From the NCBI RefSeq assembly GCF_006345805.1, contig NC_043006.1, forward strand, positions 95,294,001-95,358,000: DNA of 64,000 bases. The letters are read 5' to 3'. The stretch is from Octopus sinensis. Its lineage: Eukaryota. Made by a program: the position numbers and the translations under genes. Shown one piece after another: positions 10,977-25,329 of this stretch (its first letter is position 1; each line of letters opens with the position of its first letter). A model generated the notes under the pieces. The model was not told the origin of the DNA, did not search any database, and saw nothing but the letters and a program-made list of their open reading frames with translations.

Positions 10977-11296
10977 ATATAGCTTCGCTCACGCATTGCG
11001 ATACTACGAACTTGATGTAGAACTCAACATGCGTAGGTTTCTAACTGAAGCGTTAATCGGGTATAAAGCGGTAATAAAAAAAAGAATGCAGATGAAAGAT
11101 CATAAACGATCATCATACCAACTCTATTATCTTACAGCTGTTTCCACTTGAATATGCGACGGACTAACAGTAACACTTTATATATTCATAGGAGTATCAC
11201 ACATGGTTTTTCCCCTCATGAAGTCCACCGCGTCTAATAGCGGGAACAACTATCAGCTAATGAAGTTCATATAATCGTTTTTGCCTTTTTCATCTA

Positions 11297-11862
11297 TTGG
11301 GTTGTCCGGAAAGTTTGTGCTGATTTATAGTAGCTTACCTTTCGACCTAATTTAGAACATGGTTCTGTCCATAAAATAGGATTTGACTTACACCTCTACA
11401 GTTTAAGCTACCTTTTCGTGGAACAAAGTAAATGTTCCTATAACCTGTGTTAATTCTGTAACCCTTTAGAATGGAAGATAAGAAAGTTCATTTTCGGCAC
11501 TTGATGCTTTTCTCTTTCCGTAAAGGGAAAAATGCCTCACAAGCAACCAAAGAAATATGCGCAGTTTACGGTGATGTTTCTTTACCCGATAGAACTGCAC
11601 GGAAGTGGTTCGCAAGGTTCAGAGCTGGAGATTGTAGCCTTATTGATAAAGAGCGATCAGGCAGACCATCCACTAGAGATGAAGACCAAATCAAGTCATT
11701 AATTGAGAATGACCCATAATGCACAACCTGAGAATTACCAGAAAGACTCAACCTATCAAAATCCGTCGTTCATGATCTCCTGGTAAAGCTTGGGTAATGG
11801 CAAGTATTTATTGACCTTTTTCTTTCCTTTAAAAATCGTCACGAATTTTCTGGACAACTCAA
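11297..11862 (+). mobile_element. Internally deleted mariner element with both TIRs and TA target duplications
   Basis: About 30-bp imperfect TIRs (ttgggttgtccggaaagtt... / ...aattttctggacaactcaa) with TA on both sides. ORF 11471-11719 is a mariner HTH (HFRHLMLFSF..G.NAS..CAVYG..WFARFR.G..RSGRP), followed directly by the NGKYF-type C-terminal tail. Confidence 0.92.
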
Positions 11863-11869
11863 TATTTTT

Positions 11870-11870
11870 C

Positions 11871-11960
<90 letters not shown>

Positions 11961-11997
11961 GTTCATCTATCTATCCATCTATCTATCTATCTATCTA
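11870..11997. repeat. (TATC)n
   Basis: Direct. Confidence 0.98.
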
Positions 11998-13209
11998 CAA
12001 CGCATTCTCTTTCGCTTCTTGTGGAAAGGATGCGTCCCGATGGTCAGGCGATCCATTTGCTGTCAACACCCGTTAAAAGGAGGGCTGGGCATACCGTGGT
12101 TGATGATGCACAGACACGCGCTGACACTGCGACATCTCTGGCTCTATGTAGACGACGGGGCGAACCTGGACGTCGACGAGGAGTACCTGACCCGCCTGTT
12201 CAGGACGACTTTCGGGCCAGGGCCCATGGACAACTTCCAGAGATCCCTGGCCTGGCAGTGCTACTGAGAAGCGCTACCCGTTCGGGATAAGCTCTACAGA
12301 CACGGCTCGAGAAACCGGGCCGACCTGCCCGAGATGCGGTCAGAGCGACGAAACCGTTCTGCACGCACTCGTGCAGTGTCCAACAATTTCCGACCTGTGG
12401 GCTTATGTCGAACAACTGCTGTCACGTGTGGGACGAGTCGGTTTATCAGCTGAGTCTATCGTCAATATTGTCACGCCTCCTTCCTTCAAACGGGAAGGAA
12501 GAGCTATTTCATCATCCTTGTTGGCTATGGCGAAAGAATGTATCTGGTGGACGCGTCTGAAGGATTGGAGACAAACACTTTCCTCTCTGGTCAATCTCTC
12601 ATCAACTTCTTCAAGTACCACTTGAAAAGGAAAGTGAGTAGAGAGGCAAGTTTTGTCTAGCGAATGTTTTAAAAAAAGATGGGTGAATGTAGCAAGGATG
12701 GCACGTATGAATGACGAAGCCACCTTGAGCATAATCCTATGAACCCAGAAATTGAAAACAGAGGGTTACCACTTGCAAACAAATGTGGTAACATATAACA
12801 ATATTGACCAAGGTTACCGTGGTCTTTTTCGTAAGCTTTTCTTCCCACGAATAAACCTTACTTGCTTTCCCCTTTACACCATATATCATAACACTGTGAT
12901 ACACGATCCCTATTGATCGTTCTTTTTTTCCTCTTCCCCCTTTCCCCCCCCCCTTTTTTCTTCTTTTTTCATTTCTCTTTCCTTTTGTTCCTTTTCCTTT
13001 TACTTTCTTTTTTTTCTTTTTATTCTTTTTATTTCATTCAGTTTTTTTTTGTTTTTGTTCTTTTCTTCCCTTTTACGATCCCTCTTGACCGAAAACCTAC
13101 GCCACCCCTTTTTTTTGTTTTGTTTTTTGTTTCTTCATCCCCCAAAAGAAAAGCTCTACCTTGTAACTTGTCCCATCTGTGTGCAGCCCTGTGTGGCCAA
13201 TAAAGAAAC

Positions 13210-13210
<1 letters not shown>
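11998..13210 (+). mobile_element. L1/Tx1-clade LINE, 5'-truncated 3' end
   Basis: KGGLGIP motif, CPRCGQSDETVLHALVQC zinc knuckle and AKECIWWTR. Stop near 12742, T-rich 3'UTR, AATAAA near 13199. Confidence 0.85.
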
Positions 13211-13253
<43 letters not shown>

Positions 13254-13264
13254 ATACCTAGCTG

Positions 13265-13297
<33 letters not shown>

Positions 13298-13310
13298 TTA
13301 TCCATCTAAT
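13211..13310. repeat. (TATC)n
   Basis: Direct. Confidence 0.95.
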
Positions 13311-13904
13311 TATCCCTCACACTCTCTCCGTGTGTGTGTGTAGACACATCTTAATAGTATTGAATATTATGAATTGTTCGCAGACTATATCTTTTTCACT
13401 TTTTCCGTTTGATGCACAATTTATGACAACGTACAGTATATGCTGTCATTTCCATCAATAAACATGAACGAGTCAAATCTAGAATTCTGCAGGTTTTGTT
13501 ATTAGAAAGGAAATAAAAAGTCATCGAATCGCAGAAATGCTGAATGACAAAATGTTGAGTGTGAAAGAGGGAAAAGAGAAAGCGCAAAGTGGAGAGACTG
13601 CTAAGTAGAAACAATGACAGCTAAAAAAGATAGGTAGATTCTTGTGAGTTTAAGATTTCGTGGAGAACACAAATGAAAGGAATTTTTAAATATATATCTC
13701 ATTCTAAAAATTATAATTATGGTTTCGTTATTACATTTTTGTATAAATACATGAATCATAAATAGCTACACACACAGTGTATGTGTATATATACATACAT
13801 ACATACATACATATACAACATATATATATTATATATATACTTATATATATGGGTATATGGTGTGCGTGTCTGTATATGTGTGTGTGTTTTATATGTTGAG
13901 GATA

Positions 13905-13939
<35 letters not shown>

Positions 13940-14014
13940 ATATATATTAATGTATATTTACAAATTATGTATATATATATATATATGGAGGGGGTGCATG
14001 TATACACATGTTTG

Positions 14015-14047
<33 letters not shown>

Positions 14048-14416
14048 GTGTTTATATATATTCGGGTGTGTATATAATATATGTAAATGTTATAAAAAAA
14101 TCATATATGTGTGCAGAGAAAGTCGACTGTATGTGCGCATACTTATAAGTACACATGCATACAAATAGACACAGATAATTTATAGTTCACTGCCTGCTTA
14201 TCAGAAATATATATGGATGTATGTGGTATATTTTGTTGGAATTACAGTGTGAATATAAATAATTACGGGAATATTCATGCATGTTGACTACTAAATGCGT
14301 AACATGCCGAAACGTATTGAAACCCTTCCATTACTACGTTTCCCCAGCATGGTTATGCTTTGAACTGAAACTGATAATATATATATATATATATATATAA
14401 TATATATATATATATA

Positions 14417-14459
<43 letters not shown>

Positions 14460-14474
14460 CATATATTATATATA

Positions 14475-14751
14475 CAATTGCAGCATGGAAGGTGTTATAA
14501 GCCATTTAAGAACCACACAAAAACCTTTAGATTCACTTCAACATTTAATTTTAAGTTGCCAAAATAATATTCGTCGCTATGAAACGCGACCTGTTCACTG
14601 ACAAAATTCCTTGTTGCATCACGGACTTTAAATGTTGAAGTGAATTTAACGGTTTTTGTTTGTTTTTGAATGGTTTATAAACACATTCCACGTTGCAGTT
14701 GATTTTGTTTCAGCACACGATTTGAAATCAGGTCACTTGCTATGCAAGTAC
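14475..14751. mobile_element. Fold-back/MITE-like element, internally deleted
   Basis: Inverted arms at about 14476-14546 and 14628-14700. A related single arm lies at 46190-46386. Confidence 0.75.
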
Positions 14752-14802
14752 GTCTCCGTATTACCCCCCCCCACATATATACACATATATATATATATGG
14801 AA

Positions 14803-15136
14803 GCACTCCGTCGGTTACGACGACGAGGGTTCCGGTTGATCCGATCAACGGAACAGCCTGTTCGTGAAATTAACGTGTAAGTGGCTGAGCACTCCACAGA
14901 CACGTGTACACTTAACGTAGTTCTCGGGGATATTCAGCGTGGCACAGAGAATGACAAGGCCGGCCCTTTGAAATACGGTACAACAGAAACAAGAAGTAAG
15001 AGTGAGAGAAAGTTGTGGTGAAAGAGTACAGCAGGGATCACCACCATCCCTGCCGGAGCCTCGTGGAGCTTTTAGGTGTTTTCGCGATCCTACGACCGCG
15101 AGTCCGCTACCCTAACCACTGGGCCATTGCGCCTCC
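14803..15136 (-). mobile_element. tRNA-derived SINE family C
   Basis: Reverse complement of 33854-34230. Confidence 0.88.
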
Positions 15137-15139
15137 TAT

Positions 15140-15175
<36 letters not shown>

Positions 15176-15334
15176 CTGTAAAATAATGTGCGATAGTTAT
15201 TCAGTTGCCATGGTAAAACGCTGAGTATCGGGTGTCAGGACAGAAATCTGCTCCGGCATCCCTTCGGTTATTAAGACACTATACATTTATGTGTGTGTGT
15301 GCCAGTATAATATGTGTGTTCATGTGTCTTTTTA

Positions 15335-15545
15335 TCTCTGTTGCTCACCATAGCTTAACAACCATTCTTGGTGTGAGTTCGTCCCCGTGACGCACCGGTT
15401 TAGGCAAACGTGAATAAGTGACAAAATAGAATATGTAACAGGCTTTAGGAAATAAGTTCTAGTTTCGAATCATTCGACCGAAAATGCTTCAAGGCGGTTC
15501 TCTAGGATGGCCACAGTCTAATGACTGAAGCAAGCAAGAGATGAA
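15335..15545 (+). mobile_element. SINE family A, diverged 3' half
   Basis: Ends ...ggccacagtctaatgactgaagcaag, like the family A tail. Confidence 0.65.
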
Positions 15546-15624
15546 AGGCAAAACATACACACACACACTCGTATGTGCTACTGTTAGCGTGTTTATGTAG
15601 GCATATTTGTATGATTGTACGTCT

Positions 15625-15905
<281 letters not shown>

Positions 15906-15950
15906 TATGTAGGTATATATTATCAAACTATCTATATATTTATATGTATA

Positions 15951-16001
<51 letters not shown>

Positions 16002-16002
16002 G

Positions 16003-16042
<40 letters not shown>

Positions 16043-16574
16043 CTGTTCATATTCTTACACGACACCTCTGCCCATTACGTTTGTCAGTTTATGCACCTGT
16101 ATGTATGCCATAAATGTCGATATGCATATACGCCATGTTTATCTTCTTGTCAATATTGATCTCTGTCCAACTAAATGACTTTCCTCTTCTTAATTTATTT
16201 TATTTCGTTTTCAATGCAATCTTTTATAACTTCAGCCTCTCCCACTTTCCCTCGTCCTGTATACCTGCGCTCACAATCATACGATGCCAGGCTTACATAT
16301 ACGAAGCATCAGTCACGTGTAAATAGCTCATGTAATATATAGTTATTGATATTTGCATTTTGCTTAGCTTACATGCATGCCACGCGTAACACATACATCA
16401 ATGTATGTATGTATGTATGTATGTATGTATGTATGTATGTATGTATGTATGTATGTGTGTGTGTTGTCATACACGAGTTTCTCAGGTAATATACATACGC
16501 ACATTTGTATCTTGATAATGCACAACACACACATACACACGCGCAGCACACACACACACGCGCACACACATATA

Positions 16575-16612
<38 letters not shown>

Positions 16613-16651
16613 CGTATATGTATCATAGATACATACATACATTTATATATA

Positions 16652-16696
<45 letters not shown>

Positions 16697-17048
16697 TATA
16701 TTATGTATATTAAAATATATATATATATATAAATATATACATACATTTATGCATATATAAATATATATATATATAAGCATTTATATATGTATATATATAT
16801 ATACAGATATATAGATACATACATACGTTTACATGTATCCATCTTTGTATGTATGCATATGAGTACGTCTTTGATTAAATTGTGTGCTGTCATTTGCTTG
16901 TGTCTTAGCTAATATACATACGCACATTTGTATTATGTTCGTGCAAATATATATATCTACATATATACGTATATATATATAAGCATACGTAATATATATA
17001 TGTGTATATATATATATATATATATTTATACATGCTTAATATATATGA

Positions 17049-17083
<35 letters not shown>

Positions 17084-17439
17084 TTGTATACCACACGTTT
17101 TGGCATAATTTAACCGTTAACCTATGTATGATTTTAATTCAAAGAAACAGCTGAGAACAAATCGTTAATACCAGCTCCGGATTATGTTCCCCCCCCACAC
17201 GCACACATGCATATAAATACATACATACATGTATAAACAGTCTCATAAACCTTACACCCCTCCCAGCTCCATACGTAGAGCCACCCACTTCGCCTTCCTC
17301 CTATACACACATATATACACCGTTACGAAGCAGCAATTACACGACCTATTTCGGAAGAGCTTGATTATCAATAATGCAGAAACGATCGACAATAATTTTC
17401 TGAATCTAAGAAGCAACAATAATAGCAAAAATCAACAAC

Positions 17440-17888
17440 GACACAACAACTACTACTACTACTACTAATACTACTACTAATACTACTACTATTACTGCTG
17501 CTGATGATGATGATGATGATGATGGTGATGGTGGTGGTGGTGGCTGTGGTGGTGGCTGTGGTGGTGGTGGTGAGGATGATGATGATGATAATGATGGTGG
17601 TGGTAATAGTGATGATGATGATGATAAGAAGAAGGGAGAGGAGGAGAAAGAAGAAGAATAAGAAGAGCAAGAGGAGAAGGAGGAGGAGGAGAAGGAGCAG
17701 AAGAACAAGAAACAGAAGAAGACGAAGAAGAAGAAGATGAAGAAGAAGTAGAAGGGAAGGAGAAGGGGAAGGAGAAGAAGAAGAAGAAGAAGAAGAAGAA
17801 GAAGAAGAAGAAGAAGAAGAAGAAGAAGAAGAAGAAGAAGAAGAAGAAGAAGAAGAAGAAGAAGAAGAAGAAGAAGAAGAAATAATAA
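17440..17888. repeat. Compound trinucleotide tract (CTA/GAT/GGT/GAG/GAA/AAT)
   Basis: Direct; pure (GAA)n at about 17772-17880. Confidence 0.97.
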
Positions 17889-18433
17889 ATGCCCTGATGC
17901 AGTACCAGGCAGTGGCTCTCATGGCTTCTTAACTGATTTGAAGTGTTACCATGTACATTGTTTTGTTTTGGTAAAAAAATTGGCTACAGCAAATATTCTG
18001 CTCAATACCACAGTGTTGCTTGTTAGCTGTTTGACCTAAAACAGTTGAGCTTGTCTCCCATAGTAGTTGACGATATGTACATCTCTAATAATGAGCAGAA
18101 GTAGTAGAGTGGTCATGTGTTGAGAGGAATTCTTTGGGGTCTGTATAATTCACCTCTGGAAACATGGGTTTTTCGTTCAACATCCTCAAACAACCCTTAT
18201 TCTGGGACCTTTTGAACAGGATGGGCTACTCAACACGAAGGAAATTCTAACTGGGCCCCACTTGCAATGTCATACGCTGTTTATCTTGATATGAGATCAC
18301 CATGTCACGCACATATGGTTGTGATGCTTGTAACTGGGGTACCGTTATCAGACGGGTAGTCATGATGAGTATCCCTGGCTTCGTATATTTGTACCCCAGT
18401 GTCACTTTGATTGCTTGCGCTGCTCTCTCACTC
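17889..18433 (+). mobile_element. Non-coding interspersed repeat X embedded in (AAT)n; probably a LINE 3'UTR
   Basis: Second copy at 26838-27237. Both end ...gctctctcactc followed by AAT/ACT repeats. Confidence 0.7.
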
Positions 18434-21119
18434 AATACTAATACTAATACTAATACTACTTATAATAATAACAGCAACAACAACTAAGACGACGAGGAGA
18501 GGAGGGGAGGTAATGCTGATGATAATGGCAATAATATTTGCTTTTAAATATTTAATTGACAAAGTTTTTTCAGAAATTCTAAAGAGACCATCACACACTA
18601 ACGTACTGTACCTATGCTTTAATAAATAGTCAAGTATTTAGGAAGATTTGGAAGAAGAGATTGTATCAATTAATTTTAATAGGATCTACCATAGACCAGA
18701 TCGGTCAGTTCGTTCGTTGCGATGTGTAGAGAGTATGACTTTTCGTGCAATTGTCTTTCATCATAGACTATGGAAAACAATGTAAGTGGTGCTATGTAGC
18801 GTGAACTGTAGCAAATAAATGGGCTTGCATTAAAATGAGGAACGGGTTTAGGTTGCCAGTTGGAACGCCTGAGACAGATATGTTGCGAATAGTCAAAATT
18901 CTGGGATTCTTAGCTTAACTAATATTCCAGAGTTTGCAGAGCAATAAAAGATGAGTCACGTGAGCGAGAGACACTAATTAACCACTCCATATCTTGTTGG
19001 AGACATGTGCAGATCTGCAGAGAACTTTTCTCAACTTTATTTCGAAGCATCTGCAGTTTCAGCTATCATATTATGTGACAAAAACAGTTAGAATTTTGTA
19101 TATATTTTATCCTAAGCTGCAATATATTTCGCCAAATAAATTTGATTCGATTTCGAAATATTTGTTTCAATCTATTTAGGCAAAATTGCACTAATGGTGC
19201 AAAATACAGATTTGTTGATCCAGAATTGATACAATCATCATTCACCCTCCTGGCTGATGCGGAACATTGTAATTGACAACTTCGTATACGGAATGAACTA
19301 AATATATAAAAAGATATCAGCATCTGAAGTCACATGATGGATGCCTTTTGCAGTCCCCTATTCGTTTAAGAATTGCACCAAAATCATTATCAAGTTCACC
19401 CCGTCCCTCGCAATTGTTCATGGGAAATGTTGAGTTATAGAACCATAGAAATGTAACGCATGAGAGAATGACAATAGGTTTAGGATAGAAACGGTCTAAT
19501 GTAGGATATGACAATAATAGATAGAATATACATATGGGAACTGAAAAGCCACAGGATTAGAACCACTGAACAGTTGAAATATGTTTGTATAGTCCATACG
19601 CAAAAATTACCAAAAATATTCGAAGCCGGGCATAGGGAGAACCCAACAAAATGGCCTAGCTGTTAGAATGTAGATTAAAATGCCTTCTGGCATATGCCTG
19701 CGTAGTTTTGTAATCGAACTCGCAGTGTAATAAATTGAGGAAATACTTAATGACAATCTATCGAGTTAAGCGATGTTTATTAAGTAAGATTTGGTTGAAG
19801 AAAAGAGCGTGGATGCCGCAAATACTCTTAGTAGAGTGTAATTCAACGAAAAGGTCGTGGCTGTTTTCTTTTGAGGTCCAGTTTGTACTGACTATGCAAA
19901 ATAGGTGTACAGTCGGAAAAAATTCCTTCCACTCCACTCTTCAATCACTGTTTGTACGGCTGTGAATATTTATCATTTAAAGAGAAATAAAAGATATATA
20001 TTTATCATAACAACAAGTAATGATAAATTTTACTTGCTCAAGGAGTAAAACAATGGTGATATACAAGGTAGTCGCTATGTTCCTTTTGGTAATCTAACGG
20101 ATGAATACTTTTAAATGAACTTAAATACAATCTCAGTAACAGAAGTTAATTCAAACACTTTCTTTATTTCAAATCAAACTGGAGATAACTTTCTAGATCG
20201 ATAAAGTAGAATTGATACCTGAGGTTATAACTCGATCATGATATGAAATACACCTGGAACATCCGTGTTTTAACTTGTTATATTTTGATAAATCTAGTTT
20301 GGTTCTTTATGAAAATATTTATATCTGAAAGAATTGGATATATCGATTACTGTTCACGGTGTGTTTCTTTTGTTGTGTATGTGTTATTTGACTCTTTATA
20401 ACAATATTTGTCCAGTATCTTTCTTCCAATGTCTGCAGATAAATATCACATATCTTCGTGACGATCATTTGTCAACGATATTTTGACATTTATTTTCATA
20501 TAAATTTCTGACTCGTTTCAGAAATGCTTTGCTGTTTCTGTTGTTGTTGCTGACTGTTGCTATTGTTGTTTAGTAGTATTGTAATACCACGTCTGTAACC
20601 CATCAAGATTTTGGAGGAAGCTGATAAGTTTTACTACCCAATTATGCTAAAATTGTCTCTAGCTTAGACTATGATTTTCTCTCTTTATCATAACATAACG
20701 AGTGTACACTTGGGAAAAGCGTTCACTGAAATAGGGAAACTGCCACACTATAATAGCTTGAAAAATTGAGATATGCTCGTGTAATGTGAGAGAATGTTCG
20801 ATTAGAAAATGAAAATTCTCTATTTTGTTATACTCCATAATAATGTTCTAACATAGAAAAATTGATAAGTGATATTTGTTCTGTCTAATATCCGATGTAT
20901 ATTGCTAAAGCAACCGCTCGTTTTAACATACATGTAGAAAATAGTACAATCTATGGCATGATTATTTCTAACGTAACTACATAAGTTAGTTTATCGTTCA
21001 CGGCTAGCAAGAAGGATGTAGCGGGATGTACAGATTTAGAGTACCTGATTGTTCTATCCACGCCAACATGGAAGGCGGACGTTAGACGATGAGGAGGAGG
21101 AGGAGGAGGAGGATGACTC

Positions 21120-21560
21120 ATGGATTTTCTTACTGTACCCTTGGATTACGTTACCTTCAAACTCCTTCGGAACATGTTGTTTCTGCACCCTTGTTTGTGA
21201 AGCATTTTAATTTGTGCCTGACTTTTCCACTTCACTTTTCTCTACTTCACTGTCCCTTCATTTCTCTTTCTTTTTCCTTCTTTCTTCCTTACTTCACAAC
21301 TCCTGATCTTCACAAACTCCTGACCCAAACAACCACATTCTCTATGGCTTTCTACTTCCGGTAGCAATGTAAGTATACACATACTGTTGACTATTTATCT
21401 TCCTTCTTTCGACTTTTCCCTTTCCCCTTTCCGACGAAGAGCTATGCTCGAAACGTCAGTCTCTCTTTTTTTACAGAGCGTCCGGCTAATACATTTCTTG
21501 TCACGTTTTCATGTAGTTTGTTAGTATTATTTTTATTCGTATATTTGAATTGACTTTATT
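21120..21560 (+). mobile_element. PLE-derived 3' remnant with minimal hammerhead-like motif at 21428-21459
   Basis: ccgacga a gagc tat gctc gaaa cg tc. The UTR resembles 24985-25210. Confidence 0.55.
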
Positions 21561-21574
21561 CTCTGATTTCTTTC

Positions 21575-21880
21575 AGATATTTGACAGACGGAGTACCACC
21601 TTCAATCGAACGAATCGACCGTAGGACGTATTCTTTGTAACTCTAGAACTTATTCTACCAGTCTGTTATGCTGAACCGCTAGCTTACTGGTACGTAAACA
21701 CACTAACGTCGGTTGTCAACCCATGGGTGGGTGGGGGACAAATACAGACACACAAGCATATGTATATATATATACAATGGGTTTCTATCAGTTTCCGCCC
21801 ACCAAATCACAAGACTTTGATCGGCACGTGGTGTCACGCATGTGGTTGGTAAGCAAGCTACTTACCACACAGCCACTCTT
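21575..21880 (-). mobile_element. SINE family A, diverged
   Basis: Similarity to 53998-54402. Confidence 0.75.
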
Positions 21881-22187
21881 GACAGACAGACAAACAGATA
21901 TACATTCATACATACTCCTTTATAGTTTTATGTGTTTCACTCTAAAAGTTGTGATCTTGATAGGGCCCCTCCAGTACCATTGGTTTAAGACGCAAACGCT
22001 GGAACGGATCGGACACGTCCCATAGAAAAGATCAAGAAAGCGATTGCATGATTGTAGTAATGCAGCAGCGTGAGGAGAAAATAGTAAGAGGCTACCCAAA
22101 ACCGCGTGCCAAATGTATGTATGTATGTATGTATGTATGTGTGTATGTATGTATGTATGTATGTATGTATGTATGTATGTATGTATA

Positions 22188-22588
22188 TCTTTATATATAA
22201 AAGTGAGGTTGTGTGCTGTCTGTCTCCTACGATTTAGATTCCTAATTACTCCCACATTTTGCGGTGCAGTTTAACCAAAACCGGGTATCTTATAGTCGTG
22301 ATTCATGTCGAGCCCTTCTGGGTAATAGCGCGCGTCTACGATGAGTCTACGATTTAAAAAATAATTTACCATAAATTTTTCTCATTTTTAATGCATTTTG
22401 GCATATATAAGGGAAGTAACTCTCTAAAAATTTATTATTAAATCTCAGAACGTAAAAAGCTACAGTAACACCCCCCCCCCACCTTTGTGGTTAGCCATAT
22501 TGAGATGGCTATTATACTTTACATTTCTAAAAATACTTATATAGTTATTTCCCTTACAAACCCGAGCAACGCCGGGCGATACTGCTAG
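22188..22588 (+). mobile_element. Non-autonomous Helitron
   Basis: 5' TC (tctttatatataaaa), subterminal hairpin cccgagcaacgccggg, 3' CTAG, inserted between A and T. Confidence 0.85.
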
Positions 22589-22662
22589 TATATATATATA
22601 TATATATTTAAGAAATATTGAATTTCTAAATCTCTCGTAGAGACATGTACGGTGGTGGGGCG

Positions 22663-22777
22663 ATAGAATGGTTGTATACTGTCAATCTAACAAGAACGTG
22701 AGAGTAGGGGGTACACCACCGCTGTATAGCCCCTACTGTCACGTTCTTGTTAGATTGACAGTATACAACCATTCTAT
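22663..22777. repeat. Near-perfect palindrome/MITE (48-bp arms, 19-nt loop)
   Basis: 22663-22710 versus 22730-22777, one mismatch. Confidence 0.92.
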
Positions 22778-22790
22778 ATATATATTTAAA

Positions 22791-23003
22791 GGCGGCGAGC
22801 TGGCAGAATCGTTAGCACGCCGGGCGAAATGCTTTGCGGTATTTCGTCCGCCGCTGCGTTCTGAGTTCAAATTCCGCCGAGGTCGACTTTGCCTTTCATC
22901 CTTTCGGGGTCGATAAATTAAGTACCAGTTACGCACTGGGGTCGTTGTAATCGACTTAATTCGTTTGTCCCCTCTATGTTTAGCCCCTTGTGGGTAATAA
23001 GAA

Positions 23004-23005
<2 letters not shown>
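22791..23005 (+). mobile_element. tRNA-derived SINE family B
   Basis: Head ggcggcgagctggcagaatcg, B box gagttcaaattcc, central ttcatcctttcggggtcgataaa. Confidence 0.88.
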
Positions 23006-23043
<38 letters not shown>

Positions 23044-23482
23044 TATCAATACATTGAAGAAAACAAACATACATATCTACATAAAGCATAGGGACTCTAC
23101 AATGGATTGGTATAATTATCTATTAATCTTTGTATATATGTATTATTATTTTTTTGAAAAAACATTGTAAATTTTTTCCCACTTCCTCAATTTAAAAAAA
23201 AAATTCCCCTTCTAAATCTTGAAAATTTGCCTTGCAATGAAAATCGATTTGATTTATTATTTTTTCTTTTTGATTTTTCATACACCCATTTTTATTAAAA
23301 TTTACTTTGAATTTAGCATTCTGCCTTATAATTTTTCCTTTCCTATCATTTCTCCACGTGCGGTTAACACAACCCCACTATTTACTTATATATATATATA
23401 ATTATATGTATATATGTATGTTTGTTTTCCTCAATGTATTTATGTGCATATATATATATATATTATATATATATATATATAT

Positions 23483-23527
<45 letters not shown>

Positions 23528-24168
23528 ATATATATACATATATATATAACTATATACATATAAATGTATATATATATGTGTGTGTATATATATATATGCA
23601 TATATATAAATATGCATAGAGACACCTATATATATATATATATATATATGACGGGGACCCCGGACAACGGACGCTATGACCTTAATAGTTTAAATTGAGA
23701 CTATGTTATACGCAGAGGGTGAGTACACTGTATACAGTTAGGAACGAATCCAACATATTAACCACAGAGTCGTCCTGAGACAGCAACGGCGACCTTCTCT
23801 GACAAGAAACATCGAAATATGATAACTACATGATTTGATAGCAACAATACAATATATGTTTGTGTGCACTCGCAGAGGTGTGTGTGCGCGTGCGAGCGCA
23901 TAATTTTGTTAAGTTTTCTTGCTGACCAAGTTTTGCCATTAGGGATACATGTAGTAAATAGATATCGTGCATGATTTATTTGTTCAGGACTCACTTTGCA
24001 AGCGAGAAACTGGTTTAGCTGGATGTTATTCTTTTGTATTGGAAACGATTAACCTATTATACGATTACGCCGTTCGATTTCCTTTCACACAACAAAGACA
24101 CATATATCAGTGTGCACGGGTAGATAAAGACTTATATATGCACACGTATATATATTATATGCATATCT

Positions 24169-24218
<50 letters not shown>

Positions 24219-24310
24219 ATATACATAATATATACATATATATAGATATCTTTATATATATACATATAAATATGTATATGTATGTATTTCTGCATACATA
24301 CGCATATACA

Positions 24311-24361
<51 letters not shown>

Positions 24362-24591
24362 TATATATATGTTAATAAAATAGAACATATGCATATATAT
24401 AAACATATATGTACGTACCTACCTCTACATGTACATATACACGCAATATATATATATATAGATAAATAAATAGAGAGAGAGAGAGAGATGTATTTATATA
24501 TACATAAATATGTCCGTGTGTGTGTGTGTGCGTGTGTGTATGTGTGTTTGTGTGTGTGTGTGCGTGTGTGTGTGTGTGTTTGTGTGTGTGG

Positions 24592-24626
<35 letters not shown>

Positions 24627-24885
24627 GTATAATTAGAGCTAACCGTCGATAAAAGAAAATTATACAAAAGCGACTTATGTAAAACAAGACGCGAAGTTGA
24701 CTGATTTCGTTAAAGAATGACGTAAGGACAAAAAGAAAAGAGATTGATAGTTTCAGAGTGGTTAATCTTTTATATTTTACTTAGCTTGGTCTTTGGACAG
24801 GAGACATGTCGGGACAGAGTCTTGAATCGCTGCATTATGGGATGTAAATACAACGTCACTAGTTGCGATCTGGTTATGAGAGATG

Positions 24886-24924
<39 letters not shown>

Positions 24925-24984
24925 ATATATATTTATAAGATGGGCTTCTTTCTTTTTCCGTCTCTGTGTATGTATGTATATGTA

Positions 24985-25316
<332 letters not shown>

Positions 25317-25329
25317 AAAGTTCGAACAA

